A DNA stretch of 64,000 nt from Candidatus Bathyarchaeia archaeon (GTDB lineage: Archaea > Thermoproteota > Bathyarchaeia > Bathyarchaeales > Bathycorpusculaceae): assembly GCA_050010755.1 (NCBI GenBank), contig JBEKKK010000001.1, positions 160,001-224,000 of the forward strand. Direction: 5' to 3'. Made by a program: the position numbers and the translations under genes. Under the pieces are notes generated by a model, which saw only the letters and a program-made list of their open reading frames with translations, searched no databases and was not told where the DNA came from. Shown here one piece after another: positions 47,832 to 56,915 of this stretch. Positions within the stretch are counted from its first letter, which is position 1. Each line of letters begins with the position of its first letter.

Positions 47832-47906
47832 CAAACAAGAAAGCCACAAGCGTCCCCTTCAAAAACCTCAAATAACCAATCATGTCTAAAACTGCTTGGT
47901 GCCAAC

Positions 47907-48152
47907 TTGGAAAACGTTCAACGCAAGTTCACTGTTGAAGAGCTGAAACAGTACGATGGAAAAAACGGCAAACCCGCGTACATCGCCTACAAGGGCAAAG
48001 TGTACGACGTCACAGACAATTATCTATGGCAGGACGGAGATCATCAGGGCCAACACGCAGCCGGCAAGGACTTAACAGAGGACTTGGCAAACGCGCCGCA
48101 CGGCGAAGAAAACCTGGAAAGGGTCAAACTCATCGGCATACTCGTTCCGTGA
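47907..48152 (+). CDS. Cytochrome b5-like heme/steroid-binding protein
   Basis: FT.EEL..YDG, GKVYDVT, H.AGKDLT, APHG. Confidence 0.88.
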   Translation: MENVQRKFTVEELKQYDGKNGKPAYIAYKGKVYDVTDNYLWQDGDHQGQHAAGKDLTEDLANAPHGEENLERVKLIGILVP

Positions 48153-48319
48153 CCCTGTCAAAGCCGTACGCCAGCGAGGACTTTTCTCCCGCAAAACCAT
48201 TTTGAAAACCCTTTCTGTGATTGCAAGAAGTTCGGCAACAACTGATTCTTCAGCGAACTTGGCGTTTAGATAACTTATATATTGATTAGTTGCAATGAGG
48301 ATAAAGAGGGACGCGGTTA

Positions 48320-49027
48320 TTGCTCTTCGATGACACCTTAACTGTTGCAATAATCACGGTAGGGGTGATCATCGCCGCCTGCTTAATCGTTGTTTTTGGC
48401 ATGCGCAGGCGGGGAAAAAAGGAGAAGAAAACTAAGGAAGACGATTTACAGGCTGATCTGAGGGGTTATCCCTTCAGAATCAGCAAGAGCGTCCCAGCCG
48501 AGGACGCTTCACACGCCAAAGATGAACTCAGAACATTGGATTTGGAGAGAGAGATTCTAAGCGACGCCATCAGGCGACTCTACGAAGCGAATGCGGAAGG
48601 CAAAATAACGGAAGAAGAAAGAGAGAGACTCGGGCAAACGTACAAGTCCAGAATGATGACGGTGAAAGACGCCATTTCCAAAGACGAATCCGTCGTGGCC
48701 CTGCACGAGCTGGAAGGCATGCAGCAAGACCTGATGAAACTGTTCAGCGAACGATTCGACGACCTGACCTCGAAAATTGAAGAACTTCGAACAAGAACCG
48801 AAATCAAACCGATAAAAGAAATAACAATAGCCCCGAAAGCGCTGCCCACCGAAACGCCGGCAGCTGAAGAAGAAAAAACCACAGACGAGGAGAAAGCCAA
48901 GAAGAAGAGAAAACCAGCACCAGCAAAACCCAGCCCACGAACAGAAGCAGAAAAACGAATAGAAGAAATCAGAGCCGAAGTCGAAAAAGTCCTAGACAAA
49001 CTCGGGCAGATGGAAATTGAACCCTAA
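48320..49027 (+). CDS. Membrane-anchored coiled-coil protein
   Basis: N-terminal TM, GKITEEER, heptad-rich. Confidence 0.7.
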   Translation: MLFDDTLTVAIITVGVIIAACLIVVFGMRRRGKKEKKTKEDDLQADLRGYPFRISKSVPAEDASHAKDELRTLDLEREILSDAIRRLYEANAEGKITEEERERLGQTYKSRMMTVKDAISKDESVVALHELEGMQQDLMKLFSERFDDLTSKIEELRTRTEIKPIKEITIAPKALPTETPAAEEEKTTDEEKAKKKRKPAPAKPSPRTEAEKRIEEIRAEVEKVLDKLGQMEIEP

Positions 49028-49739
49028 ACAAGAATGGATTGAAAAAGCCAAGAAAAACGCCGCCCTAGAAGCCACAAAAAACGTCAAGAACGGCTTCAAA
49101 ATCGGCCTAGGCAGCGGAAGCACGGCAGCCTACGCCATCGAAGAAATCGGAAAAAGAATAAAAAAAGAAAAACTGCACGTTCAAGGCGTGCCAACATCAT
49201 ACCAAGCCTTCATGCTCGCCGTCCAACACGGCATCCCCGCAACCACACTTGAAGAGCGGCCAACGCTTGATTTGACGATAGACGGAGCAGACCAGATAGA
49301 CCCAGAACTAAACCTCATCAAAGGCATGGGCGGAGCACTCGCACGCGAAAAAATCGTCGCCTCCGCATCCAAAAAACTGATAATAATCGCAGACCAAAAC
49401 AAGAAAGTCAAAACCCTAGGAGAAAACAACCACCCAGTGCCCCTGGAAGCACTCCCCTTCGCAGCCCCACTCGTGATGCGCAGAATAAAAGAAATAGGCG
49501 GAAAACCCGTTCTGAGAGAAGGAAAAATGAAAGTCGGACCCGTCATAACCGACAACGGAAACGTCATCATAGACGCAAACTTTGGACTCGTCCACGAACC
49601 CGCAGAACTAGAACACAAACTCAAATCCATCCCCGGAATCCTAGAGACCGGCCTCTTCGTCCAAATGGCACAAATAGCGTACATCGGAAAACAATCCAGC
49701 GTAGAAAAACTCACCAGAAAACAAGCCCCAAAAACTTAA
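49017..49739 (+). CDS. rpiA: Ribose-5-phosphate isomerase A
   Basis: GLGSGST, DGADQ, IKGMGGALAREKIV, TDNGN. Confidence 0.95.
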   Translation: MNPKQEWIEKAKKNAALEATKNVKNGFKIGLGSGSTAAYAIEEIGKRIKKEKLHVQGVPTSYQAFMLAVQHGIPATTLEERPTLDLTIDGADQIDPELNLIKGMGGALAREKIVASASKKLIIIADQNKKVKTLGENNHPVPLEALPFAAPLVMRRIKEIGGKPVLREGKMKVGPVITDNGNVIIDANFGLVHEPAELEHKLKSIPGILETGLFVQMAQIAYIGKQSSVEKLTRKQAPKT

Positions 49740-49770
49740 AATATTCGCGCGGCCGCGCACCGATGATCTG

Positions 49771-50241
49771 TCAGCTCTTGAACATACTTCCCTTAGGTTT
49801 CTGGAATTGCTCAGTGAATCTGCTGTTTTTTTCCATGTCCATAAAAATGCGGATTTTTTCAGCGTTCTTCTCGTTCAAGGCTTTTCTTACTGTTTCGAGC
49901 AGCTGCTGCGGATCGAAGGGTTTCAAGACGTAACCATCGGCGCCCTCGTTTATTGCCTTAATCGCATTGTCCACAGAGGGATATCCCGTGATGATTATTC
50001 TGATCATTCTGGGCTGCTTCGCCTTAAGCTTGCAGAGGAGATCCACTCCCTTAATATCGGGCAGCTGAATGTCAATTAAAGCGACGTCGAAAACCTCCTC
50101 CTCGACGGCTTTAAGCGCTTGCTTCCCGTTCTCCCTCGTCTCCACCACGTACCCCTCAAGAGACAAAATTGAGGAGAGAGTTTTCCTCACCGCAGCATCG
50201 TCGTCTACAACGAGGACGCTTTCATTCATCAGCCACACCAC
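49771..50241 (-). CDS. Response regulator receiver protein
   Basis: LVVDDD, LIDIQLPD, ITGY, KPFD. Confidence 0.9.
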   Translation of the reverse strand: MVWLMNESVLVVDDDAAVRKTLSSILSLEGYVVETRENGKQALKAVEEEVFDVALIDIQLPDIKGVDLLCKLKAKQPRMIRIIITGYPSVDNAIKAINEGADGYVLKPFDPQQLLETVRKALNEKNAEKIRIFMDMEKNSRFTEQFQKPKGSMFKS

Positions 50242-50553
50242 CCATCAATGTGAGTCTCACGTGTTTTAATTGATACTATCGTTGAATAAATCTCCTATGA
50301 AGCATCAATATGAATCAGTGTTCCTTCATAGCAAGAGATGCTAAGGGGTTGGAAAACCTTGTTTCTCGAGATAAGAGGAAGTTTACCGTAACAGCCACCA
50401 CCTTTGCGACGGCGACAAGGCTGGATCGAAAAAGAAGGTTCAGAAAAATAGAAAAAACCCATCTGGGAGACAAAATACGAAATACGGAATTTGGAACCAC
50501 AGCAGGCTGGGCAAATGGAGTCTCTTAGTCCATCTGGCCAAGAGCGCGCCGTT

Positions 50554-51048
50554 TTAGTCTAGCGCTTTCCCCCTGTACACTTGCTCCATCTTGAAGCCCA
50601 TTTTGTCGTACAGTTTTGCGGCAGCTTTGTTGTTGACTGATACCATGAGCAGGATTCTGGAATAGCCCTTTTCTCGACAAAAACTTTCAGCCTTTTCCAA
50701 AAGTGCTCTTCCAACTCCTTTGCCTCTGAATTCTTTCTCGACAAATATGTCATAGATGAACCCATGCCTCTTTCCAGTCATCATGTTGCTGCCTACCCCA
50801 ACCCAAACGTACCCAAGAAAAACGTGGCTCTCGTTCTCGGCCACGAATATCCTGTGAGTCTCTCTGTCAAAGATCTTCTGGAACAGTTCCCCCATGTGCT
50901 TGGCCCATTCTTCTTTGTCCAGCTCCCCTCTCTCACTCTCAGAAAGACTTGCCCAGCCAGTCTCAACGCCGTATTTTCTCACTAGCTGAAGATCCGATTC
51001 CTTTGCCTCTCTAATAGTCACATCCATCTGAAGCTCCTTTCTTGACAC
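50554..51048 (-). CDS. GNAT N-acetyltransferase
   Basis: VEKEFRGKGVGRALL, N..A..LY.K.GF. Confidence 0.9.
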   Translation of the reverse strand: MSRKELQMDVTIREAKESDLQLVRKYGVETGWASLSESERGELDKEEWAKHMGELFQKIFDRETHRIFVAENESHVFLGYVWVGVGSNMMTGKRHGFIYDIFVEKEFRGKGVGRALLEKAESFCREKGYSRILLMVSVNNKAAAKLYDKMGFKMEQVYRGKALD

Positions 51049-51289
51049 ATACCCAAGATTTTAGAAAGCAAACAGGTTGAAGACACTTTCGGTTCTTAGG
51101 ACTTGTGGAAAGCTTGTCAATCTTGCCTCTCCTCAGATAACAACGGACGTTCGAGTCTGTATTGGGGGGGGAGCGAAAAATGTGCCGAAAGCGCAGAAAA
51201 ACGCGCACAAATTTAAAGCCCATTCGCTCAGAATGCCCAAAACATCGACACAAATCTCTTAAATAATCGCTCCTTTAATGAACCTAGAA

Positions 51290-51436
51290 GCCGGGGTAGC
51301 CTAGCCTGGCCAGGGCGCCAGACTCATAATCTGGAGAACAACAAACGGGGCAACGAAGGCGCCCGATGTCCAGAAGTCGCGGGCTCGAATCCCGCCCCAC
51401 TGACGGAGCAAGCCTCCGCCAGGGCGAACGGCACCA
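51290..51436 (+). tRNA. Elongator tRNA-Met(CAU) with two non-canonical introns: 45/46 (51337-51375) and 68/69 (51399-51428)
   Basis: Splicing both gives GCCGGGG...CCAGA-CTCATAA-TCTGG-AGGTC-GCGGG-CTCGAAT-CCCGC-CCCCGGC-ACCA; each intron has a 4-bp helix and 3-nt bulge geometry. Confidence 0.9.
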
Positions 51437-51590
51437 AGCATAGTCCGCAGCTTAAAGACACAATGGCCAGGCTAAGATTAACACGAGCATTTTCCCCTGC
51501 TGCTCCCGATTTGATCATTTCTCTTGTGCTATTTGGACCAGTGCAGGGGCTTCTAAGCCTTTATATCTCTTCGCTGGGTCAAGTCACTCA

Positions 51591-52286
51591 ATGCCGTCCA
51601 AGATGGGAAAGAGATACGCAAGTGACTATACCGATGAGGAACTCCGAGCCGAAGCTCGTGAACTTGAGAGTGCCGTCACCATTCCCGTGAACATTCAGAT
51701 CCAGGCGGACCACAGAGTATTCGACCTCGGCGAAGCGGAGAGCCTTCTGAGACGGGCTAAGAAGATTGTTCTTCAAGACTGCGGCTGCCGAACTGACAAA
51801 GGAAACTGCGACGCCCCCCGACACGTCTGCATAAACCTGGAACCGACAGAGGATTACGTGAAAAAGTTCGCCAAGCACAACCCGCATGAAGCCACGCTGG
51901 ATGAAGCGCTCAAAGCCCTCAAAAAAACCCACGAAGCCGGCCTCGTCCACATGGCCTACACGATGAAGGGCGACGACCACCCCACGATAATCTGCAGCTG
52001 CTGCCCATACTGCTGCCACACTCTAGGCAGACTGCTCCGTTATGGAATAGCAACACAAGTCCTCACATCCAATTACGTGGCCGAGCAGAACCCGGAAAAA
52101 TGCGTCGGCGCCGGCCGATGCGTCGACAGATGCGTTTTCGGAGCCCGCGAACTCGACAACAGCGAACTAAAACACGACAAAACGAAATGCTTCGGATGCG
52201 GATTATGCCTTTCCACATGCCCCGCACACGCAATAACACTCGTACCCAGACAACAGAACCCACCAAGAAAACCCGACTTCAAATAA
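51591..52286 (+). CDS. 4Fe-4S dicluster protein
   Basis: CGCR, ICSCCPYCC, CVDRCVF, CFGCGLCLSTCP. Confidence 0.85.
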   Translation: MPSKMGKRYASDYTDEELRAEARELESAVTIPVNIQIQADHRVFDLGEAESLLRRAKKIVLQDCGCRTDKGNCDAPRHVCINLEPTEDYVKKFAKHNPHEATLDEALKALKKTHEAGLVHMAYTMKGDDHPTIICSCCPYCCHTLGRLLRYGIATQVLTSNYVAEQNPEKCVGAGRCVDRCVFGARELDNSELKHDKTKCFGCGLCLSTCPAHAITLVPRQQNPPRKPDFK

Positions 52287-52316
52287 TTTCCAGACACGCA
52301 CGCAGAAAGGCGAAAA

Positions 52317-52375
52317 GCAACATCGCCGTTTACGCTGCAACATTACGTCTGGCGTAAAGAAAAAAAGGCGGGGGG
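52317..52375 (+). repeat. Dispersed polar repeat, copy 6
   Basis: TTACGCTGCAACATTACGTCTGGCGTAAAGAAAAAAAGGCGGGGGG; palindrome with paired substitutions. Confidence 0.85.
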
Positions 52376-52491
52376 CCACCGTCAACCGTTCACATCTTGT
52401 AATCCGTCACAATGTCAAACCCGAACTCACACAGAGGGGCCCACTTTAACGCACGTGCCATTTTCCAGCCCTTTTTCGGAACACGCACGAA

Positions 52492-52563
52492 CAACATGGA
52501 CACACACGTGGATCCATTACGCGAATACATTACATCGGATGTGTGTGAAAAAAAGGGAGGGGG
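52492..52563 (+). repeat. Dispersed polar repeat, copy 7
   Basis: AACATGGACACACACGTGGATCCATTAC...ACATTACATCGGATGTGTGTGAAAAAAAGGGAGGGGG. Confidence 0.85.
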
Positions 52564-52636
52564 CCACAGCGCATGCTGAGATTTTGTGATCCAACCTGAT
52601 GTGGGCGTCGGACAGTTTCTGTTTCGGCCCTGCACT

Positions 52637-53797
52637 TCAGGTTTCCTTAGCTATCGAAGTTGTGTTTCTGGTTGACAGTTCCAGCTGGTCGCCAAAGCCC
52701 TTCTTGACATAAACGTTCTTGATGACTACTCTGTCGCCGACGTTCAAGTCTTTCACCGAATCCGCATGGTTTCGCCACGCCGAAACCCAAATCCTGCCCG
52801 TCTCGTCCTTCAACTCGAAAGTAGCCAACTTCAGAACCTCCTGCTTCGAAGTTTTCACTTCCCTAACCAGGGGCCTCGTCGCAACTTCACCCAAAACGTT
52901 GATCTGACCAGCACCCTCCTTCAAACTCGCAAAGGGCGAAAACTCTGAAAAATCCTGAACACCAACAAAAGTTGCCGAGTCAACATGAACCTCCACTCCT
53001 CCAGCAGACGCCTTCTTAACCTTCCCATTCACTACCTGCAATCCGCCGCCCATCTTAACCAGATTCGCAACCTCGTCAACCTTCTCGTTCCAAACCACCA
53101 CAGCCACTTCACCAGAACCATCCGACAAGAAGAACCTCATGACCTTGCCAACGCTTGAATCCGACCTCTCAAACTCCGACACCGAACCCAAACGCCTGAC
53201 AGTCCCAGCCAGGTTCACCCTGGAGCTGTTAGGAACGGCCTTCGACAGCTCGCCAATCCTCGTCGTAAACTTGTCGATCGAAGGATAACCCTTCGAACCC
53301 ACATCCTCCGGATTAACCTCGACAACGCTCTTCTCCCCAACGTGCACCTCCACCTTACCACCGAAATCCTCACGAGTGTAGCCGTGACGAAAACGAACCA
53401 CATCACCAACCTTCACCCTGCCAGGCTCTGCTAGAACGGCCTTGTCATTCCACAACACCACCCGCAGAACCCCGCTCTCATCAGCGATGAGCAAGCCTGC
53501 AAACCTTCCTTTCTTGAGGCCGCCGAAAGCTCGCGGAGAAAAAACAGCGACAACCCGCCCCACAATGCTCACATTATTCAGGCCGGGAATCAAATCAGCC
53601 ACCAACAGAACATGCACTGCAGCCTCGCCAACCGGAAAGTCGCACCCAAACCCAGCCGCAATCATCCTCAGAAGAGCCTCATCCGAAATCAGGCCGCCAG
53701 CCCTACTCCTCTCCACCTCCAACCTCTCCAGAACAGACTCCCTCGAAACCCCAGGACAACACGAAAGAATACGCTCAACCATCTCGTCAAACAACAT
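52637..53797 (-). CDS. rpa: Replication protein A (three OB folds)
   Basis: Repeated D.SG....V.W motifs (DESGVLRVVLWN, DGSGEVAVVVWN, DETGRIWVSAWR). Confidence 0.85.
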   Translation of the reverse strand: MLFDEMVERILSCCPGVSRESVLERLEVERSRAGGLISDEALLRMIAAGFGCDFPVGEAAVHVLLVADLIPGLNNVSIVGRVVAVFSPRAFGGLKKGRFAGLLIADESGVLRVVLWNDKAVLAEPGRVKVGDVVRFRHGYTREDFGGKVEVHVGEKSVVEVNPEDVGSKGYPSIDKFTTRIGELSKAVPNSSRVNLAGTVRRLGSVSEFERSDSSVGKVMRFFLSDGSGEVAVVVWNEKVDEVANLVKMGGGLQVVNGKVKKASAGGVEVHVDSATFVGVQDFSEFSPFASLKEGAGQINVLGEVATRPLVREVKTSKQEVLKLATFELKDETGRIWVSAWRNHADSVKDLNVGDRVVIKNVYVKKGFGDQLELSTRNTTSIAKET

Positions 53798-53895
53798 CTC
53801 TGCTTCAACACTGCAAAAATAAAATCACAGACTCTATAAAGCTTATCAAAAACAGTGGCTGACTCTAAACATCAACAGGAGCCCAACCCAGAAAA

Positions 53896-54159
53896 ATGAC
53901 CCTCGAAACCCTCTACAGCATAGGCACAGCGCTGACCCTAGCCGGAATGCTAATAATGATAGTCGCAACCGTGCTCCTCCTTCTTTCAAAGAAGGGAAAA
54001 ACAGGGAAAACCAGAGGCGGTGGAGTGATATTAATCGGGCCAATCCCCATAATCTTCGGCACAGACAAACAATCACTCAAAACAATCCTACTGCTCTCAA
54101 TAGTCCTCACGACACTCCTCATAGCACTGGTCATAATCCTGTATTTCCTGAACAAATAG
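53896..54159 (+). CDS. DUF131 (TIGR00304) membrane protein
   Basis: GGGVILIGPIPIIFG. Confidence 0.88.
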   Translation: MTLETLYSIGTALTLAGMLIMIVATVLLLLSKKGKTGKTRGGGVILIGPIPIIFGTDKQSLKTILLLSIVLTTLLIALVIILYFLNK

Positions 54160-54168
54160 TTCTGGAGC

Positions 54169-54471
54169 GTGAAGCAAATGCCCGAAACATCCGAACCCGT
54201 CGACGAAAACGCGCCACGAAATTTCCTAGCTATCTTCATCCTCGGATTCTCAATGACCCTCGTTGGCCTGATTCTCATCACAGTCGCTGCCACAGTCTCC
54301 GGAGGCGGCTCAACTAGTTCTGGAGGAATCATATTCATCGGCCCAATCCCGATAGTATTCGGCGCCGGTCCCGGAGCATCTTGGCTGATTCTGTTCGCTA
54401 CAGTTCTGGCAGTCCTAAGCGTCATAGCGTTTCTGATCTTGCACAGAAGGCCAGGCATCGCGCGGCTCTAG
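54169..54471 (+). CDS. DUF131 membrane protein (tandem paralog)
   Basis: GGIIFIGPIPIVFG. Confidence 0.85.
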   Translation: MKQMPETSEPVDENAPRNFLAIFILGFSMTLVGLILITVAATVSGGGSTSSGGIIFIGPIPIVFGAGPGASWLILFATVLAVLSVIAFLILHRRPGIARL

Positions 54472-54587
54472 GCTTCTTCCTTTTCCTCTTTGGCGAAAAG
54501 CATGTACAGGAAAACCAAGCCCAAAGCGATCAAAGTTGCAATTATCATGACGTATTGAAGCAGGACGAAGTACTCGCCTATTTGCAC
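54468..54587 (-). CDS. 39-aa single-TM peptide (not in ORF track)
   Basis: MQIGEYFVLLQYVMIIATLIALGLVFLYMLFAKEEKEEA; GGAGG SD and TTTAAA box upstream. Confidence 0.6.
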   Translation of the reverse strand: MQIGEYFVLLQYVMIIATLIALGLVFLYMLFAKEEKEEA

Positions 54588-54628
54588 GCGCACAGCCTCC
54601 TTTTGACACTCTATCAGAGTTTAAATAT

Positions 54629-55039
54629 TTAAACCGTAGCCTTTTTCCACTCGTTCATGAGCGAATCGTAAAGCTCATCGTGCTCTTCAATGCCCTCATA
54701 CCAGCCTAGAGCCTTAGCCAGCTTCTGCGCGATGAGATGATAACACAGATGAACCTTCCTGTCCACGACTCGAAAATAGAAATCGTCACACGTGCAGAAC
54801 TCAGCCTCAGCCATGATCAAGTAGTCCCGCTCCTTCCCAACCACTATCCAAACATTCCTGCCGCTCGGCCTGAAAACGTACTTCTTCACCCGATTTTCCT
54901 TCAAAGCCTCAAACGACCTAGTGAAACGCTGCCCAAAAACATCGAAAAGCTTAGTCAAATCTCCGCCGGTAAGTTTGCCCTCTGCCTTAGCTTCCTTGCA
55001 AACGGCAAGCAGCAGTTCATTCTCAGATTCTAGATCCAT
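54629..55039 (-). CDS. SWIM zinc-finger protein
   Basis: FCTCDDF...CYHLIA (CxC...CxH). Confidence 0.8.
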   Translation of the reverse strand: MDLESENELLLAVCKEAKAEGKLTGGDLTKLFDVFGQRFTRSFEALKENRVKKYVFRPSGRNVWIVVGKERDYLIMAEAEFCTCDDFYFRVVDRKVHLCYHLIAQKLAKALGWYEGIEEHDELYDSLMNEWKKATV

Positions 55040-55082
55040 AACACATGAACTATCCAAAAATCCACGCCACTCAAGCACAAAG

Positions 55083-55706
55083 CTACTCTATGTTTATCGG
55101 CTCGCCCTCGGGCGGCTTCCCATCCTTTGCCTTCGGCAACGTGACCTCCAGAACACCATTCTTGTACTGCGACCTCGCCTCGCGAACCCTGACTTTCACG
55201 GGCAACGAGACCTCCTTGAAGTACTTGTGCTGAGGACTGTCAACCAAAATCGTGAGAGTGTCTTCCGTTCCGCTCAGCCTAATCTCCTTCTTCTCAACCC
55301 CCGGCAGCTCGGCCACAACCTGAATTTCACCATTCGCCTCAACCACGTCCACAAGAGGCTCACGCTCCTCCTGCACGTGAGGAAGCCCATTTCTCCTAGG
55401 CTTCACGTTTCCAAACTCGCGGATTTCAGGCTTCCCATCGGGACCGACCTTCATGCTGTAACCGTAAACGAAAGGCCCAAACTCCCGCGACGTCGAACCG
55501 TCAGGCAGCTTACGTTCCCTCACGTACTCCTTCGGAACCCGCGAGGCAAAATCCTTGAACTCCTCTTCCATCATCTTCTCCATCTCTTCGAAAATTTTAT
55601 CAACGTCATCAAAGCCCAAGTCTCTGAAGAACGGAGAACGTCTACTCCTGTGCCACCCCGAAGAATCATCATCCGAAGACATAACAACCGCCACCACTTT
55701 TAGCAT
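55083..55706 (-). CDS. hsp20: Archaeal small heat-shock protein Hsp20
   Basis: GPFVYGYS..VGPDGKP, EPLVDV, ELPGV, YKNGVLEV. Confidence 0.92.
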   Translation of the reverse strand: MLKVVAVVMSSDDDSSGWHRSRRSPFFRDLGFDDVDKIFEEMEKMMEEEFKDFASRVPKEYVRERKLPDGSTSREFGPFVYGYSMKVGPDGKPEIREFGNVKPRRNGLPHVQEEREPLVDVVEANGEIQVVAELPGVEKKEIRLSGTEDTLTILVDSPQHKYFKEVSLPVKVRVREARSQYKNGVLEVTLPKAKDGKPPEGEPINIE

Positions 55707-55921
55707 AGAACGCGTTTATCTATAAACATTACGCGCACGACAAAGCAAATCTTCCCCCGAAACCTATGCTGGCCGTCCCGCTCACATCCTTAACTCCAAC
55801 AGATGACTGGACAACCACAGGGCCACGCAAGCCACAGCCAAAAAACCAGACCGAGGACATCAAACACCGCAATCCAAAGAACTTGAGAACAAGAACGCTG
55901 GATTACAGGTATCTCCCCAAC

Positions 55922-55995
55922 CAACATTGAAAACTTACATTGCAACATTACATTGCAACATTACATCTGATGTAAAGAAAAAAAAGGGAGGGAGG
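55922..55995 (+). repeat. Dispersed polar repeat, copy 8 (intact model of the split copy 5)
   Basis: CAACATTGAAAACTTACATTGCAACATTACATTGCAACATTACATCTGATGTAAAGAAAAAAAAGGGAGGGAGG. Confidence 0.9.
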
Positions 55996-56072
55996 GCCGA
56001 CACCGCCTAAATCTGCAGAACACACTTACACCCACTCAAAGACAGGAAGAAACCAGCGCCAACGATGAAGGT

Positions 56073-56915
56073 TCAACTCAAAGCTCTGAGCTGCTCAATC
56101 GTTCCCAGCAACGTTCCGTCAAGCAGGTACGCCTCAGCAGCCCTCATGTCAACGGCATCCGACCTAAGAACCGGACCAGTCACCATCTCAGCCTTGCCTC
56201 CAGACGGTCTCCTCTCATTCAACGGTCTACCACCCAAGAAATCGTTAAAAGAAGGCATTATGAAAAGCTGCGAAGCCCTGGGCTTCATTCCATAAATTTC
56301 AGCGAAAGCATCCTGCCCGCCAGCCCCAACCTTCACCCCGTGCTTCTGCAATAGAACCTTAGAAAGCCTGCCCCCATCACAACTTGCCCGAACCCAAACC
56401 TGCCTAGTCACTCTGAACCCCGCAGGGTCACGGAACCCCACAACTGGATGAACATGCCCCATCACCAACGTCCTGCATTTCAGAATATCCGGCGAAGGCC
56501 ACTGGTGCCCATGAAAAAAACCCACGTCATCGAACGCCACACCGGTTGCAGGCAGCACCCTTATTCCCTCGGGCAACAACGGCTCCAAGTTTCCATCGTG
56601 GTTGCCTCGAATGATGGATACTCGTTCCACACGACTCCTCAAGACGTTAAAGAAGTCAGGGACATCATGCCACTCCATCTTCTCCGCCGTCGCAACCGTG
56701 TGCTTCACGTCGCCCAACACAAGCACTTCATCCGGCCCGTACTCAGAAACCAACCCAATAAGCTTCTTCAGAAGCTTCGACGACTGCGACGGAACATGAA
56801 TGCCCTCGCCTGAAAGAGACATCTCCCACCCCAGATGCAGATCAGCCACGGCCAAAAGCCTCGTTCCACGCGATTTCAGAAGCGCAGCCGGATAAGGCGG
56901 CAGAGGCGTTATCAT
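56073..56915 (-). CDS. Calcineurin-like metallophosphoesterase
   Basis: ADLHLG, LGDVKH, RGNHD, HGH, GHVHP. Confidence 0.9.
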   Translation of the reverse strand: MITPLPPYPAALLKSRGTRLLAVADLHLGWEMSLSGEGIHVPSQSSKLLKKLIGLVSEYGPDEVLVLGDVKHTVATAEKMEWHDVPDFFNVLRSRVERVSIIRGNHDGNLEPLLPEGIRVLPATGVAFDDVGFFHGHQWPSPDILKCRTLVMGHVHPVVGFRDPAGFRVTRQVWVRASCDGGRLSKVLLQKHGVKVGAGGQDAFAEIYGMKPRASQLFIMPSFNDFLGGRPLNERRPSGGKAEMVTGPVLRSDAVDMRAAEAYLLDGTLLGTIEQLRALS

